From: a virus
Lineage: Duplodnaviria; Caudoviricetes
Length of the DNA stretch: 35,527 nt
Reading direction: 5' to 3' (one strand)
Virus record (IMG/VR): IMGVR_UViG_3300037991_005327
Location: 1-35,527 of that record
In this document: one piece after another, positions 9,995 through 18,973 of the stretch
How positions within the stretch are numbered: position 1 is the stretch's first letter
Layout of the letters: each line of letters starts with the position of its first letter
Notes under the pieces: model-generated
What the model was told of the DNA's origin: nothing
The model's input: only the letters and a program-made list of their open reading frames with translations
Database searches by the model: none
Translations under genes and position numbers: made by a program

Positions 9995-11352
9995 ATGTAG
10001 ATTCTCCAAAATCCTGGTTTATGTCTAGATTGCCAAGCATGTACCCAATCTTCGCCATTGAAGTAATACAACTGATTGTCGGCTGTATTGGTTACATATT
10101 GTGCAGTTGAACCGTTTGCACTGGCGTCAAAGCTGACTACCCAACCAAATCCATTATACTCGATGATATCACCTTTTCCGGCAACGCTGGCCCAAACTGA
10201 TGAATTGTCATTGGTTGTTTTATCAGTTAATATATATCGTTGTCCTGCGGCCGCCGCCGGCAATATTCCATCTCCTGGATAATTTGCTTGAGGATTTACA
10301 ATTCTATCTACTGTGGATTGTGTGGTTGCTGGTAGTGTGTTAGTATCTATAGTAAAGGTTAAATGGTTGACATTGCCTGGATCATATGCGATAGTACCAA
10401 TAACATCACTGTCATCATCGTCTGGTGTACCTGCTAAACGCAATCTAAGTTGACTGTACCCATCATTGATTCTTCCTATAGGCGACAATGTTTTTTCCCA
10501 ATCAAGTGTTTCACCTTCGCTGTCCACAGTGGTTGTATTTTGGTTTTGTAATTTTACTGTGGTTGCATCTGTGATTTCAATCCAATATTGACTTGGAGTA
10601 ATTACTGTGTATGATAAACTATCATAAGTGTAACTTTTCTTTGCTTCAAATAGATCCACTTGGTCTTCGTCCATTGTGTAAAGTTTTGTTAGAATAGTGT
10701 GTATAAGTTTGCTTCTGTTGAATTTTGCAGGAGGTGTTAGATACACCAAACTTCTAAATTGTAAAGTAGCAATTTCAATTACATCTTCTGTTCCAACAGG
10801 TTGTTGTCTGCTTGTAAATTGTATGTTTGTTAATTCATTATAACTTAGAGCTGTCCAATCAAACGGATTTTTACTGCTATGCAGATCAATGAGTGGATCA
10901 AACAGTATGAGCAACTGTTCTAATAATTGTAGTTTTTGATCTGTGTTACTGGTCCAAACATCTACATTAATATCTAACATGTAAGGCACAGGTGCATGTT
11001 TTGTAATTTGATATGTGTTACCAGGATTAGTGGTGTAATCACCGGTTGCTTCATTGAAATCTTTTTCATATATTGTTTCACTTTTCTGAAACCCGGAATG
11101 CATTCTGCGTGTTGGATCCTGTTGCATTCCAGTGATATAACATGTGATTTGCGGAACACTCAACATTTTGTTTTCTGAATTCTCACGCATTATTGCCGCC
11201 GCCATGCGTGTTGGATCTCCGTATTTTGCTGGCACCGTTCTATATATTGGATCGCCATTATCGCCTTCGCCAATTTGTACACTAAAGTTAGAAAACATTC
11301 GTACGAATTGAATCAAGTGTCTTCTCATTTGTTTGTCATAAAAATAGTTCAT
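9991..11352 (-). CDS. gp15: Tail terminator / sheath stabiliser (T4 gp15-like) with C-terminal extension
   Basis: YFYDKQMRRHLIQFVRMFSNF...VPAKYG...PVPYMLDINVDVWT...QLLEQLLILFDP matches the gp15 family pattern; adjacent to gp14. Confidence 0.8.
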   Translation of the reverse strand: MNYFYDKQMRRHLIQFVRMFSNFSVQIGEGDNGDPIYRTVPAKYGDPTRMAAAIMRENSENKMLSVPQITCYITGMQQDPTRRMHSGFQKSETIYEKDFNEATGDYTTNPGNTYQITKHAPVPYMLDINVDVWTSNTDQKLQLLEQLLILFDPLIDLHSSKNPFDWTALSYNELTNIQFTSRQQPVGTEDVIEIATLQFRSLVYLTPPAKFNRSKLIHTILTKLYTMDEDQVDLFEAKKSYTYDSLSYTVITPSQYWIEITDATTVKLQNQNTTTVDSEGETLDWEKTLSPIGRINDGYSQLRLRLAGTPDDDDSDVIGTIAYDPGNVNHLTFTIDTNTLPATTQSTVDRIVNPQANYPGDGILPAAAAGQRYILTDKTTNDNSSVWASVAGKGDIIEYNGFGWVVSFDASANGSTAQYVTNTADNQLYYFNGEDWVHAWQSRHKPGFWRIYI

Positions 11353-12422
11353 TACGTTGTCTTCTTAGTTTTTGCTACTGTGTTCAATGATTGCCTTACA
11401 TCAAACTCTTCATTGTTTACACTATCTTTGCCTAGTTGATTTACAAATTCATCAACTGATCCAAAAGTGTTTCTATCCCATGTGTTTTCATTTATGTTAT
11501 CATAAAGTCTAACCCATTTTGCACCACGTCTTACAAACAATCTGTTTGGATCAAAATCTGTACGTAAGAAATAATCGCCTTGATTTGGGTTTGCTGGAAA
11601 ACTTAATCCACTTGCTAGGCTTTCGCCGTAAGCCCAATCAGTGTTAGGATTGGCATTATCTGATGTGGTATATAGATGACTGGTATCATAATTACCACCA
11701 CCTGATGCTTCAGCTTCTTCAACTATCTTTTTGTTGACATCCATTTCTGCATTGTATGTGCTTACAAGACTTGCTAGACTGTTTTCATCTTCGTTGCTAC
11801 CAAGTAGATTACTGTATTCTTGTGCATCATTCAATGGTGCCAGTTTAACTCTCCAAATGTGTGGATACCATGTTTGTGAAAATCCTTCACTGCCACGAGC
11901 GGCATCTGTTACACTATAAAATTTTGGTATTGGTGCTTTGCTTTGATCAAGTGCTAGTTCATCTAATAGATGTGGTAATTCAACAACATCACCTGCCATC
12001 AATCTACGACCTAATTTTGAAACCATATCATTCATGTGGAATGTCATAAACAGAGTATCATTGGTTAAGAATAGTCCAAACTGTGATAGATCAAAGTCTG
12101 TGTCAGCAACATTGTATACACCACGTAATTCATATATGTCTGGATCATACACACGATCTCTGTTTTCTAAAAACAGTATATCCTGTACATCTAGCTCACT
12201 GATATCTGGCTCTACGTTAGTAAGGTTACCATTGGCATCCGTGGCACTACTATCAGTATACTTAGGCTGGGTTTTGTCGTCTTGATCCGCTACATCTTGT
12301 GGCCCAATGTACTTGTGTACTATTACACCCACTCCACCAATGTCGAATTGTTCGCGAATTGTTTTATCCATAAAATAGAAATCATTTGTCTTTGTTGGTT
12401 TGTAAAGCGTTAATCTAGGCAT
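11352..12422 (-). CDS. gp14: Neck protein (T4 gp14-like)
   Basis: REQFDIGG, DILFLENRDR, DLSQFGLF, LMAGDVVELPH; lies directly upstream of the gp15-like gene. Confidence 0.75.
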   Translation of the reverse strand: MPRLTLYKPTKTNDFYFMDKTIREQFDIGGVGVIVHKYIGPQDVADQDDKTQPKYTDSSATDANGNLTNVEPDISELDVQDILFLENRDRVYDPDIYELRGVYNVADTDFDLSQFGLFLTNDTLFMTFHMNDMVSKLGRRLMAGDVVELPHLLDELALDQSKAPIPKFYSVTDAARGSEGFSQTWYPHIWRVKLAPLNDAQEYSNLLGSNEDENSLASLVSTYNAEMDVNKKIVEEAEASGGGNYDTSHLYTTSDNANPNTDWAYGESLASGLSFPANPNQGDYFLRTDFDPNRLFVRRGAKWVRLYDNINENTWDRNTFGSVDEFVNQLGKDSVNNEEFDVRQSLNTVAKTKKTT

Positions 12423-13173
12423 CTTTGCTGTCCTTTATTTCTTCTAGCATTGATTCTAGAATATCTATATGGTGCGGATTTTCTGGACCCATGTCACTGC
12501 CTGTTAAAAATTGTATGTCTTTGTCTGCAGGTATATCTGCTTCTAATACTCTAAGGAAAGTTTCACTGCCTATTTCATCTACCCAAGATAAATTGCCAGC
12601 ATACAAACCTACACTGGTAAAATCATATGATTTTATATTATCTACATTTACATTTGCCAGTGGTTTATTGTACAACATGAATTCTGCGTTTGCACAGTTT
12701 ACATCTACAATGATTGGTGATATATCCCAATCATCAAATTCATCATCATCAAAATTAGGCTGTGCTATAAAATGTATATTCTCTTTGGCTTCCATTAACA
12801 ATAAAAGATTATGCATTGCATCTTCGCTTACATGTTTATCTTGTAGCATATCACTTCCAACCATAAAAGGCATGTTTACCATTAACAAATGTGTGAAACC
12901 TTTTTGTTTAAAAATTGCTAGGTAATCTCTTGGATCTTTACTGCCTATTGCATTAAGCCCATCACCTGCATCTTGTAAATCAAGACTGGACGACTTTTCA
13001 CCCATTGGAATCAAAGAAGTATTAAAACACGATCCAATCCACAATGTGTCTGCTTTTTCAATACCCAACTTTGCTAACTGGTTTTGTGTGTACGATTTTA
13101 AAATAGCACCTAGTTTGTTGTGTGTATCAATGTTAATTTCGGGTAATCCCCAAACAATAGCACCAAGTTTCAT
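12415..13173 (-). CDS. Hypothetical protein (252 aa)
   Basis: GGAGA RBS and a late promoter upstream; overlaps the gp14 start by 8 nt. Confidence 0.75.
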   Translation of the reverse strand: MKLGAIVWGLPEINIDTHNKLGAILKSYTQNQLAKLGIEKADTLWIGSCFNTSLIPMGEKSSSLDLQDAGDGLNAIGSKDPRDYLAIFKQKGFTHLLMVNMPFMVGSDMLQDKHVSEDAMHNLLLLMEAKENIHFIAQPNFDDDEFDDWDISPIIVDVNCANAEFMLYNKPLANVNVDNIKSYDFTSVGLYAGNLSWVDEIGSETFLRVLEADIPADKDIQFLTGSDMGPENPHHIDILESMLEEIKDSKDA

Positions 13174-13193
13174 CTATAGATCTCCATATACTG

Positions 13194-13199
13194 TATTTA
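13194..13199 (-). promoter_or_regulatory. Late promoter (GG)TAAATA for the minus-strand ORF-gp14-gp15-NUDIX operon
   Basis: TATTTA on the + strand; reverse complement reads GGTAAATAcagtatatGGAGAtctatagATG. Confidence 0.75.
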
Positions 13200-13203
13200 C
13201 CGA

Positions 13204-13236
13204 TTGACAAAACTAACTAGTGTATGTTACTATAAT
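13204..13236 (+). promoter_or_regulatory. Sigma70-type early promoter
   Basis: TTGACA (13204-13209), 18 nt spacer, then TACTATAAT (13228-13236). Confidence 0.75.
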
Positions 13237-13260
13237 AGAAACAAACATAGGAGTGTAACC

Positions 13261-14499
13261 ATGGCTAGCGGAGTTAAAGTTAGAAAAAAGAAGAAATCTT
13301 CAGCACCTAGACGCGGAACTAGAGGCTTACAAGCACCTAGTTTTGAAGGTTGGGAACAGTTGGATGGACAACAATTTCACAGATTGAAAACAACTGTGCA
13401 TGATTTCTACTATATGAATTACAAATACAACGACAATGTAGAACATGCATTTACATGGATGAAACAGAATGGCTATACAAAAAACGATATAGCAAGTGTT
13501 AGAAAAGCCGGCAAATATCAAATAGTGCTGGGCATTCAATGTAAGTTACTGCTAGATGGTTGTCCTGAATACAATGAAAAAGAACAAGAGTATTGGCAGT
13601 CATGTCCTGGTACCAGTGGCGATCTTGCACCAATGACTGAATGGATTAAAAAACGTATAGGAGAGCTTATTGAAACAGGCTCAACTATGATTGAGGAAAA
13701 GAAAGAAGAAGAAAAGAAAACTAAAAAAGGTTATGTTCCTACAATACAAGAACGTTTAGAAGAGGCCGCAGAAGAAAAAATTGAAGACATAGAAACTTGG
13801 ATTGATGAGTTTTTAATTGATCCACAGAAGAACAAACTCAAAGACAAAAACATTCTGCAAACTCTCAAACGTGTAGGCACTAACTTGGGACATGTTAGAT
13901 TCATGCGTAAATGGTACACAGGTCCATTGGAAGAATATCGTGAACTAGACTCTTTGCCTTCTCCAAACAAACGTGATGAAATGCAAAAGCAATTAGAAGA
14001 AGGTTATGATCATCTAAACAAAGCACAACGCAAAGATGCTCTACAGTTTTATGAAAGATTGTTTCAAGCATTTGATATACTGTTGGCTGAAAATAAACAC
14101 AACAGAATAGTCAGAAAGCCTAAACAAAAAACTGCCGCCGAACAGGTTAAAAAACTGAAGTACAAAGTATATGACAGTGATTTTGGTGTAACCAGTAAAG
14201 AACCAGCAGAAATTATTGATTCAACAATGTTGGTGGTGTTTAACTGTAAAACACGAAAACTTGGCATTTATGTGCCAGAGCAACATGCAACTCTTAAAGT
14301 GAAAGGTACAACAATACAGTTCTTTGATGCACAACGTAGTGTGCAAAAAACTATTAGGAAACCCAAAGAAGTATTGTCGCAATGGAAAAAGATCACAAAA
14401 CACAAGGTACCGAAGCAATTTGAATATCTCAAAACAACTGAAACCAAACTCAATGGTAGATTCAACGCAGAAACAGTGATACTTCAGGTGTTTAAGTAA
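13261..14499 (+). CDS. Hypothetical protein of a type seen in T4-like phages (early)
   Basis: AGGAG RBS at 13249-13253 supports ATG 13261. Basic C-terminal domain NCKTRKLGIY...VKGTTI...QKTIRKP...NGRFN. Confidence 0.8.
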   Translation: MASGVKVRKKKKSSAPRRGTRGLQAPSFEGWEQLDGQQFHRLKTTVHDFYYMNYKYNDNVEHAFTWMKQNGYTKNDIASVRKAGKYQIVLGIQCKLLLDGCPEYNEKEQEYWQSCPGTSGDLAPMTEWIKKRIGELIETGSTMIEEKKEEEKKTKKGYVPTIQERLEEAAEEKIEDIETWIDEFLIDPQKNKLKDKNILQTLKRVGTNLGHVRFMRKWYTGPLEEYRELDSLPSPNKRDEMQKQLEEGYDHLNKAQRKDALQFYERLFQAFDILLAENKHNRIVRKPKQKTAAEQVKKLKYKVYDSDFGVTSKEPAEIIDSTMLVVFNCKTRKLGIYVPEQHATLKVKGTTIQFFDAQRSVQKTIRKPKEVLSQWKKITKHKVPKQFEYLKTTETKLNGRFNAETVILQVFK

Positions 14500-14506
14500 A
14501 CACTCC

Positions 14507-14514
14507 CATAAATA
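14507..14514 (+). promoter_or_regulatory. Late promoter CATAAATA
   Basis: TAAATA lies 5 nt before ATG 14520; no SD. Confidence 0.7.
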
Positions 14515-14519
14515 CAGTT

Positions 14520-15218
14520 ATGAGATTTTGGGAACTAACTGAAGCACGAGTTGAACCAGACTGGGAATTTATAGCAGACCTTGAGCCTGCTATAGATGAT
14601 GCTTTGGCAGATTACCAAGAATTCCTACAAGCCAACAATGATAAAGATGATATCAATGAGCTAGAAGAACTGCTCAATTTTGAAACTGAAGACTTTCCAA
14701 TAGAATTTATTACAGACTATTCTGAACGCAAAGATCCAGATGAATGGATAAGTGCGGCCGCAGATTGGACTGAAAAAGAAGGCAAGTTTATGACTGTGTA
14801 TCTACATGCTAAGAATTTAGATAAAGTGTATGGTCCTAAAACTTTCAAAAAAATATTGATGAGAATGTTGCAACACGAAACCATACATTGGAATCAATAC
14901 GACAAAATGGATCAAAAAGTATTGCCCAAATACAAAAGTGGTTACATGAAAGGCTTGGATCAAGTTAAAAAAGGTGGCACACAAGCAGATCTAATGCGTA
15001 GTTACCTGCGTGATCCACATGAACTTATGGCATACGCCAGTGATCTAGCAGATGAAATGAAGGACTTAGACAATCCTGAGGCTGTGCTTCGTAACCCAGA
15101 AGCATACAGAAAAGAACTGCCGAGTTATGATAGAATGCGTAATTCATTTCCAGCAAATGCAAAGCAAATCAAACAACTGCTAAAGTATACGGCAGACTAC
15201 TTCAAACAAGGTAAATAG
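14520..15218 (+). CDS. Putative zinc metalloprotease (HExxH)
   Basis: HETIH at 14874-14888 and downstream YLRDPHELMAYA (third-ligand Glu motif of zincins). Confidence 0.7.
   Translation: MRFWELTEARVEPDWEFIADLEPAIDDALADYQEFLQANNDKDDINELEELLNFETEDFPIEFITDYSERKDPDEWISAAADWTEKEGKFMTVYLHAKNLDKVYGPKTFKKILMRMLQHETIHWNQYDKMDQKVLPKYKSGYMKGLDQVKKGGTQADLMRSYLRDPHELMAYASDLADEMKDLDNPEAVLRNPEAYRKELPSYDRMRNSFPANAKQIKQLLKYTADYFKQGK
15212..15217 (+). promoter_or_regulatory. Late promoter (GG)TAAATA
   Basis: TAAATA lies 5 nt before ATG 15223. Confidence 0.65.
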
Positions 15219-15222
15219 TAGT

Positions 15223-15963
15223 ATGGCACTTAAAGAAGATTTAACAAAAGAAATAGAGCTACGACTTGGTGGACAGATGGTCGATGTTGAACTCGATCCT
15301 GAACATTATGACTTGGCTATTAAAAAGAGTTTTGAAAAATACAGACAACGCAGTGAAAACTCAGTTGAAGAAGCATACGTATTTTTAGAACTCAAAGAAG
15401 ATATTCAAGAATACACATTACCCACTGAAATAGTTGAAGTGCGTGATATTCTCACAAGAACAAGTGGCACTAATGCCAGTTCAGGCAACGACTTTGAACC
15501 ATTTGAGGCGGCATATTTAAACACATATCTACTTGCAGGTGGTAGAGCAGGCGGACTAGCAACGTTTGATGCTCTGCAACAACACAGAGAAACACTAGGT
15601 AAATTGTTTGGCAGTGAATATCTGTTTACATGGAATGTTAGAAATAGTAAACTTACTGTACACAGAAAACCAAAAGCAAATACATCTGTGGTGCTTTGGG
15701 TATACAAATATGTTGATGATGAAAGTTTATTAACAGATATCTATGCAGGTCCTTGGTTAAAAGAATATTCGTTGGCACATGCAAAACTTATGTTAGCAGA
15801 AGCACGTGGCAAGTTCAATACCATTGCAGGACCACAAGGCGGAACAAGTCTTAATTCAGAAACATTAAGAGCTGATGCACAAGCCAGTATTGAAAAACTA
15901 GAACAAGATCTTAGATTGTTCGCCGCTGGTGAAAGCAGTATTGGTTATGTTACGATTGGTTAG
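15223..15963 (+). CDS. gp13: Neck protein (T4 gp13-like)
   Basis: LRLGGQMVDVELD, WLKEYSLAHAKLMLAEARGKF...PQGGTSLN match the gp13 pattern. Confidence 0.85.
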   Translation: MALKEDLTKEIELRLGGQMVDVELDPEHYDLAIKKSFEKYRQRSENSVEEAYVFLELKEDIQEYTLPTEIVEVRDILTRTSGTNASSGNDFEPFEAAYLNTYLLAGGRAGGLATFDALQQHRETLGKLFGSEYLFTWNVRNSKLTVHRKPKANTSVVLWVYKYVDDESLLTDIYAGPWLKEYSLAHAKLMLAEARGKFNTIAGPQGGTSLNSETLRADAQASIEKLEQDLRLFAAGESSIGYVTIG

Positions 15964-16222
15964 AGTCGTGTACACTCAAGGCAATTAGTGCATAGTGTAA
16001 AACTTTTTGTAAGTCTTTCCTATTATACCCATCTTTTTTTCCGTATCGTTGAGCATACTTCATAATATTGCCTATGCAAAAACCTTCGCCGTGTCCGGCA
16101 TCTATGATAAATTCAGTGGCCTGAAATTTGTTTTTGCTATAGTGTTGATCATATGTTGAATCAACATATGCTTGTAATTCTTTTATTAAATTTTCTTCAT
16201 TGAACTTGTAGTCAATAGCCAT
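15950..16222 (-). CDS. DUF3310-like protein
   Basis: HY...FCIGNIMKYAQRYGKKDG...DLQKVLHY; GAGGA RBS. Confidence 0.85.
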   Translation of the reverse strand: MAIDYKFNEENLIKELQAYVDSTYDQHYSKNKFQATEFIIDAGHGEGFCIGNIMKYAQRYGKKDGYNRKDLQKVLHYALIALSVHDSNQS

Positions 16223-16248
16223 GGTTATCCTCTCAATTATGTTATTTC

Positions 16249-16277
16249 ATTATATACTAAATTGTACTCGAAGTCAA
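16249..16277 (-). promoter_or_regulatory. Sigma70-type promoter for the DUF3310 gene
   Basis: Reverse complement reads TTGACT-17 nt-TATAAT. Confidence 0.85.
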
Positions 16278-16330
16278 GCCATTATATACGTATTTAATGG
16301 CTATAAACCGTGGTTTTAAGCAGGGTACGG

Positions 16331-16336
16331 TAAATA
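16331..16336 (+). promoter_or_regulatory. Late promoter (GG)TAAATA for the sheath gene
   Basis: Intergenic TAAATA 31 nt before ATG 16368. Confidence 0.75.
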
Positions 16337-16367
16337 CATATATCACTTTAAGAGAAGGGGAAATTAA

Positions 16368-18848
16368 ATGGCTACATTAACATCACCAGGTGTTTCAGTT
16401 AGTGTTTCAGACGAGTCAGCCTACGCCGCCCCAGGCGGAGGCACAATACCATTTATCATGGTAGCCACAGGACAGGATAAAACCGATCCTACAGGTAGTG
16501 CATCAGACTCAATCGCACCAATGACTAAGAGTGCAAAAGCAAACACACCACTACTGGTAACATCTCAAAGAGAATTAACACAAAACTTTGGAGATATTTT
16601 CTTCAGAAAAAGTGGATCAACACCTATTGTTGGAGACGAAACCAGCGAATATGGATTGTTGGCCGCTTATAGCTTTTTGGGACAAGGTGGTAGTGCGTAT
16701 ATTTCAAGAGCAAACGTAAACACTACTCAGCTTATCCCTACAACAACAGAACCAACTGCCTCATATGCAACAGCAAACAGTTGGTGGTTAGACACAGACG
16801 CCAGTGAATATGGTATCAATAAATGGAATGCAACTTCTAGTGTTTGGGAAAAACAGACTCCAACCATTGAAGTTAACAATGCCGCCACTGATGCACATAC
16901 ATTAGGAGCCAGTGGATATTCAATTACAACTTCAGTAACCAATGGTAACTTCCTTGTTGTAGTACACCTAGACCAAGACGGTAATGCATCACTTGAATAT
17001 TTCTATGGAATTTCAAATGCATGGGAAGAACTTGACTTTGATGGTAATCTTTCATCAGGTGAAACTGTTTCATGGGCACCACACTATACTGCTCCAGCAT
17101 CACCAGGTGCAGGAGATGTTTGGATCAAAACTACTTCACCAGGCAATGGTATAGATTTAAAAATTTACGAACATTCAGGTACAGGTAGTTGGGTATTACA
17201 AACTGTGCAAGGTGTTACAAACGCAGGTGCTGGCGAGGAAACAGTAATTGGTAACTTTATTCCACAAGATGGTTCAAGCACAACTGCATTGACATCTTCA
17301 AGTGCCGTACCAGGCAACTATTTGTTAGACGTAGATGCTAACACTAAAGCATTAATCATCATTCAAAGAGTATCGGCCGCAGGCGGAGTTGAAGTACTTG
17401 ATACTTTAACAACCAAAAAGGCTCAAAACGCAGAACCAACTGGTACTGCATCAGATGGTCAATACTGGTTTGATAACACACTTACTGGACTAGATGTCTA
17501 CAAAGTAAATGGTAGTAACTATACAACTATTGCTCCAACTTATAGCACAACGGCTCCAACAGGACCAAGTGCAGGAGATATTTGGATTGACACAACAAGT
17601 GCTGGTTATGGCTTAGCAAATGAGCGTGACTATCCAAAAATTTATCAGAGAAATGCTGGTAATAGTGCATGGGTACTTCATAGTAATGCAGATCAAAGTA
17701 CATCAAATGGTGTTCTATTTGCTGATATTACAGACACGGCCGCAGATGCAACAGATGGCGGTAACGCAACAGAAATTACTGGTGCTCCAGATGCCGCGAT
17801 TTATCCAACTGGAATGGTTGTAATTAACATGGCTCAAAGTAAAAATACTGTGAGAGCATATAATTCAACAGCAGGTAAATGGAGAAATGGTGCTTCTAAT
17901 CATGCAGACGGTTCAGGTGCGTTTGGTAGATTTGCACAACGTAAAATTATTGCAACTGCTTTACAAGCCACAGCCTCTGACACTGATAACCTAGATGAAA
18001 ATTTAAGTTACTCACTTATTGCCGCTCCAGGATATCCAGAACTAGCAGACGAAATGGTAACAATGAACAACAACAGAGGCAATACTGCTTTTGTAATCAT
18101 TGACTCACCATTACGTAAGTCACCAACTGAAATGGTAACATGGGTTGGTGGAACAGCAACCACTGAAAATGGTGAAGATGGTCTAGTAACCAAAAACACA
18201 TATTCAGCAGTTTACTATCCGCCACTGAAGGCAACTGAACCAACAGCAGGTTCAACTGTCGTAACATACCCATCACACTCTGTGCTTTACCAAATTGCAG
18301 TAAGTGATGCTGTATCATTTCAATGGTTTGCACCAGCAGGACTTAACAGAGGTGTTATTTCTAACGCATCTGGAGTAGGTCATGTAGATGGCGAAAACGA
18401 ATTCAAGGCAACTGCATTGACAAACAGTCAAAGAGATGCATTATATTCTGCCAAAGTAAATCCGATTGCAAACTTTCCAGATTCTGGAATAACAATCTTT
18501 GGACAAAAATCATTGCACGGAACAACAAGTGCATTGGATCGTGTTAATGTTGCACGATTGGTAGCATATTTGCGTGAAAGATTTGACGTGTTGGCAAGAC
18601 CTTTCTTGTTTGAACCTAATGATGAAACAACAAGAGATCGAGCAGGATTACTGTTTACAAACTTCCTATCAGACATTCAAGCAAAAAGAGGCTTGAGTGA
18701 CTTTGCAGTGGTTTGTGACACATCCAACAACACACCAGCGAGAATAGACAGAAATGAATTATACATTGATGTTGCTATTGCTCCTGCAAAGAGTATAGAA
18801 TTCATCTATATTCCAATCAGAATTGTTAATACAGGGCAACTTGCCTAA
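16368..18848 (+). CDS. gp18: Tail sheath protein
   Basis: N-terminal LTSPGVSVSVSDES; C-terminal WFAPAGLNRG, RDALYSAKVNPI, GQKSL, DRVNVARL, FLFEPND, VCDTSNNTP, PAKSIEFIYI. Confidence 0.96.
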   Translation: MATLTSPGVSVSVSDESAYAAPGGGTIPFIMVATGQDKTDPTGSASDSIAPMTKSAKANTPLLVTSQRELTQNFGDIFFRKSGSTPIVGDETSEYGLLAAYSFLGQGGSAYISRANVNTTQLIPTTTEPTASYATANSWWLDTDASEYGINKWNATSSVWEKQTPTIEVNNAATDAHTLGASGYSITTSVTNGNFLVVVHLDQDGNASLEYFYGISNAWEELDFDGNLSSGETVSWAPHYTAPASPGAGDVWIKTTSPGNGIDLKIYEHSGTGSWVLQTVQGVTNAGAGEETVIGNFIPQDGSSTTALTSSSAVPGNYLLDVDANTKALIIIQRVSAAGGVEVLDTLTTKKAQNAEPTGTASDGQYWFDNTLTGLDVYKVNGSNYTTIAPTYSTTAPTGPSAGDIWIDTTSAGYGLANERDYPKIYQRNAGNSAWVLHSNADQSTSNGVLFADITDTAADATDGGNATEITGAPDAAIYPTGMVVINMAQSKNTVRAYNSTAGKWRNGASNHADGSGAFGRFAQRKIIATALQATASDTDNLDENLSYSLIAAPGYPELADEMVTMNNNRGNTAFVIIDSPLRKSPTEMVTWVGGTATTENGEDGLVTKNTYSAVYYPPLKATEPTAGSTVVTYPSHSVLYQIAVSDAVSFQWFAPAGLNRGVISNASGVGHVDGENEFKATALTNSQRDALYSAKVNPIANFPDSGITIFGQKSLHGTTSALDRVNVARLVAYLRERFDVLARPFLFEPNDETTRDRAGLLFTNFLSDIQAKRGLSDFAVVCDTSNNTPARIDRNELYIDVAIAPAKSIEFIYIPIRIVNTGQLA

Positions 18849-18860
18849 TTAAAACAACTA

Positions 18861-18888
18861 GAATAGGCCCTTTTGGGCCTATTCGTTT
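18861..18888 (+). terminator. Hairpin/intrinsic terminator after the sheath gene
   Basis: GAATAGGCCC-TTTT-GGGCCTATTC, a perfect 10-bp stem with a short T tail. Confidence 0.75.
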
Positions 18889-18916
18889 GACCCCGAAAAA
18901 TTTTCTTGGACTTTTT

Positions 18917-18924
18917 CATAAATA
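18917..18924 (+). promoter_or_regulatory. Late promoter CATAAATA for the tube gene
   Basis: Downstream of the terminator, upstream of GGGAG RBS and ATG 18974. Confidence 0.75.
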
Positions 18925-18973
18925 CATTTAGCTTCATTAAGAAGAAGAGAATTTAACTATTGGGAGTTATGCA

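Noticed and set aside
12425-12925. 166-aa plus-strand ORF
   Set aside because: Shadow of 12415..13173, which has an RBS, a late promoter and operon context.
13204-13260. ORF-track 5' extensions (13204, 29778, 30319, 31292, 32125)
   Set aside because: They start inside promoters, RBSs or upstream genes; RBS position or gene overlap supports the downstream ATGs.
16291-16296. Minus-strand TAAATA upstream of DUF3310
   Set aside because: A hexamer this AT-rich arises by chance, and the gene already has a clear sigma70 promoter.
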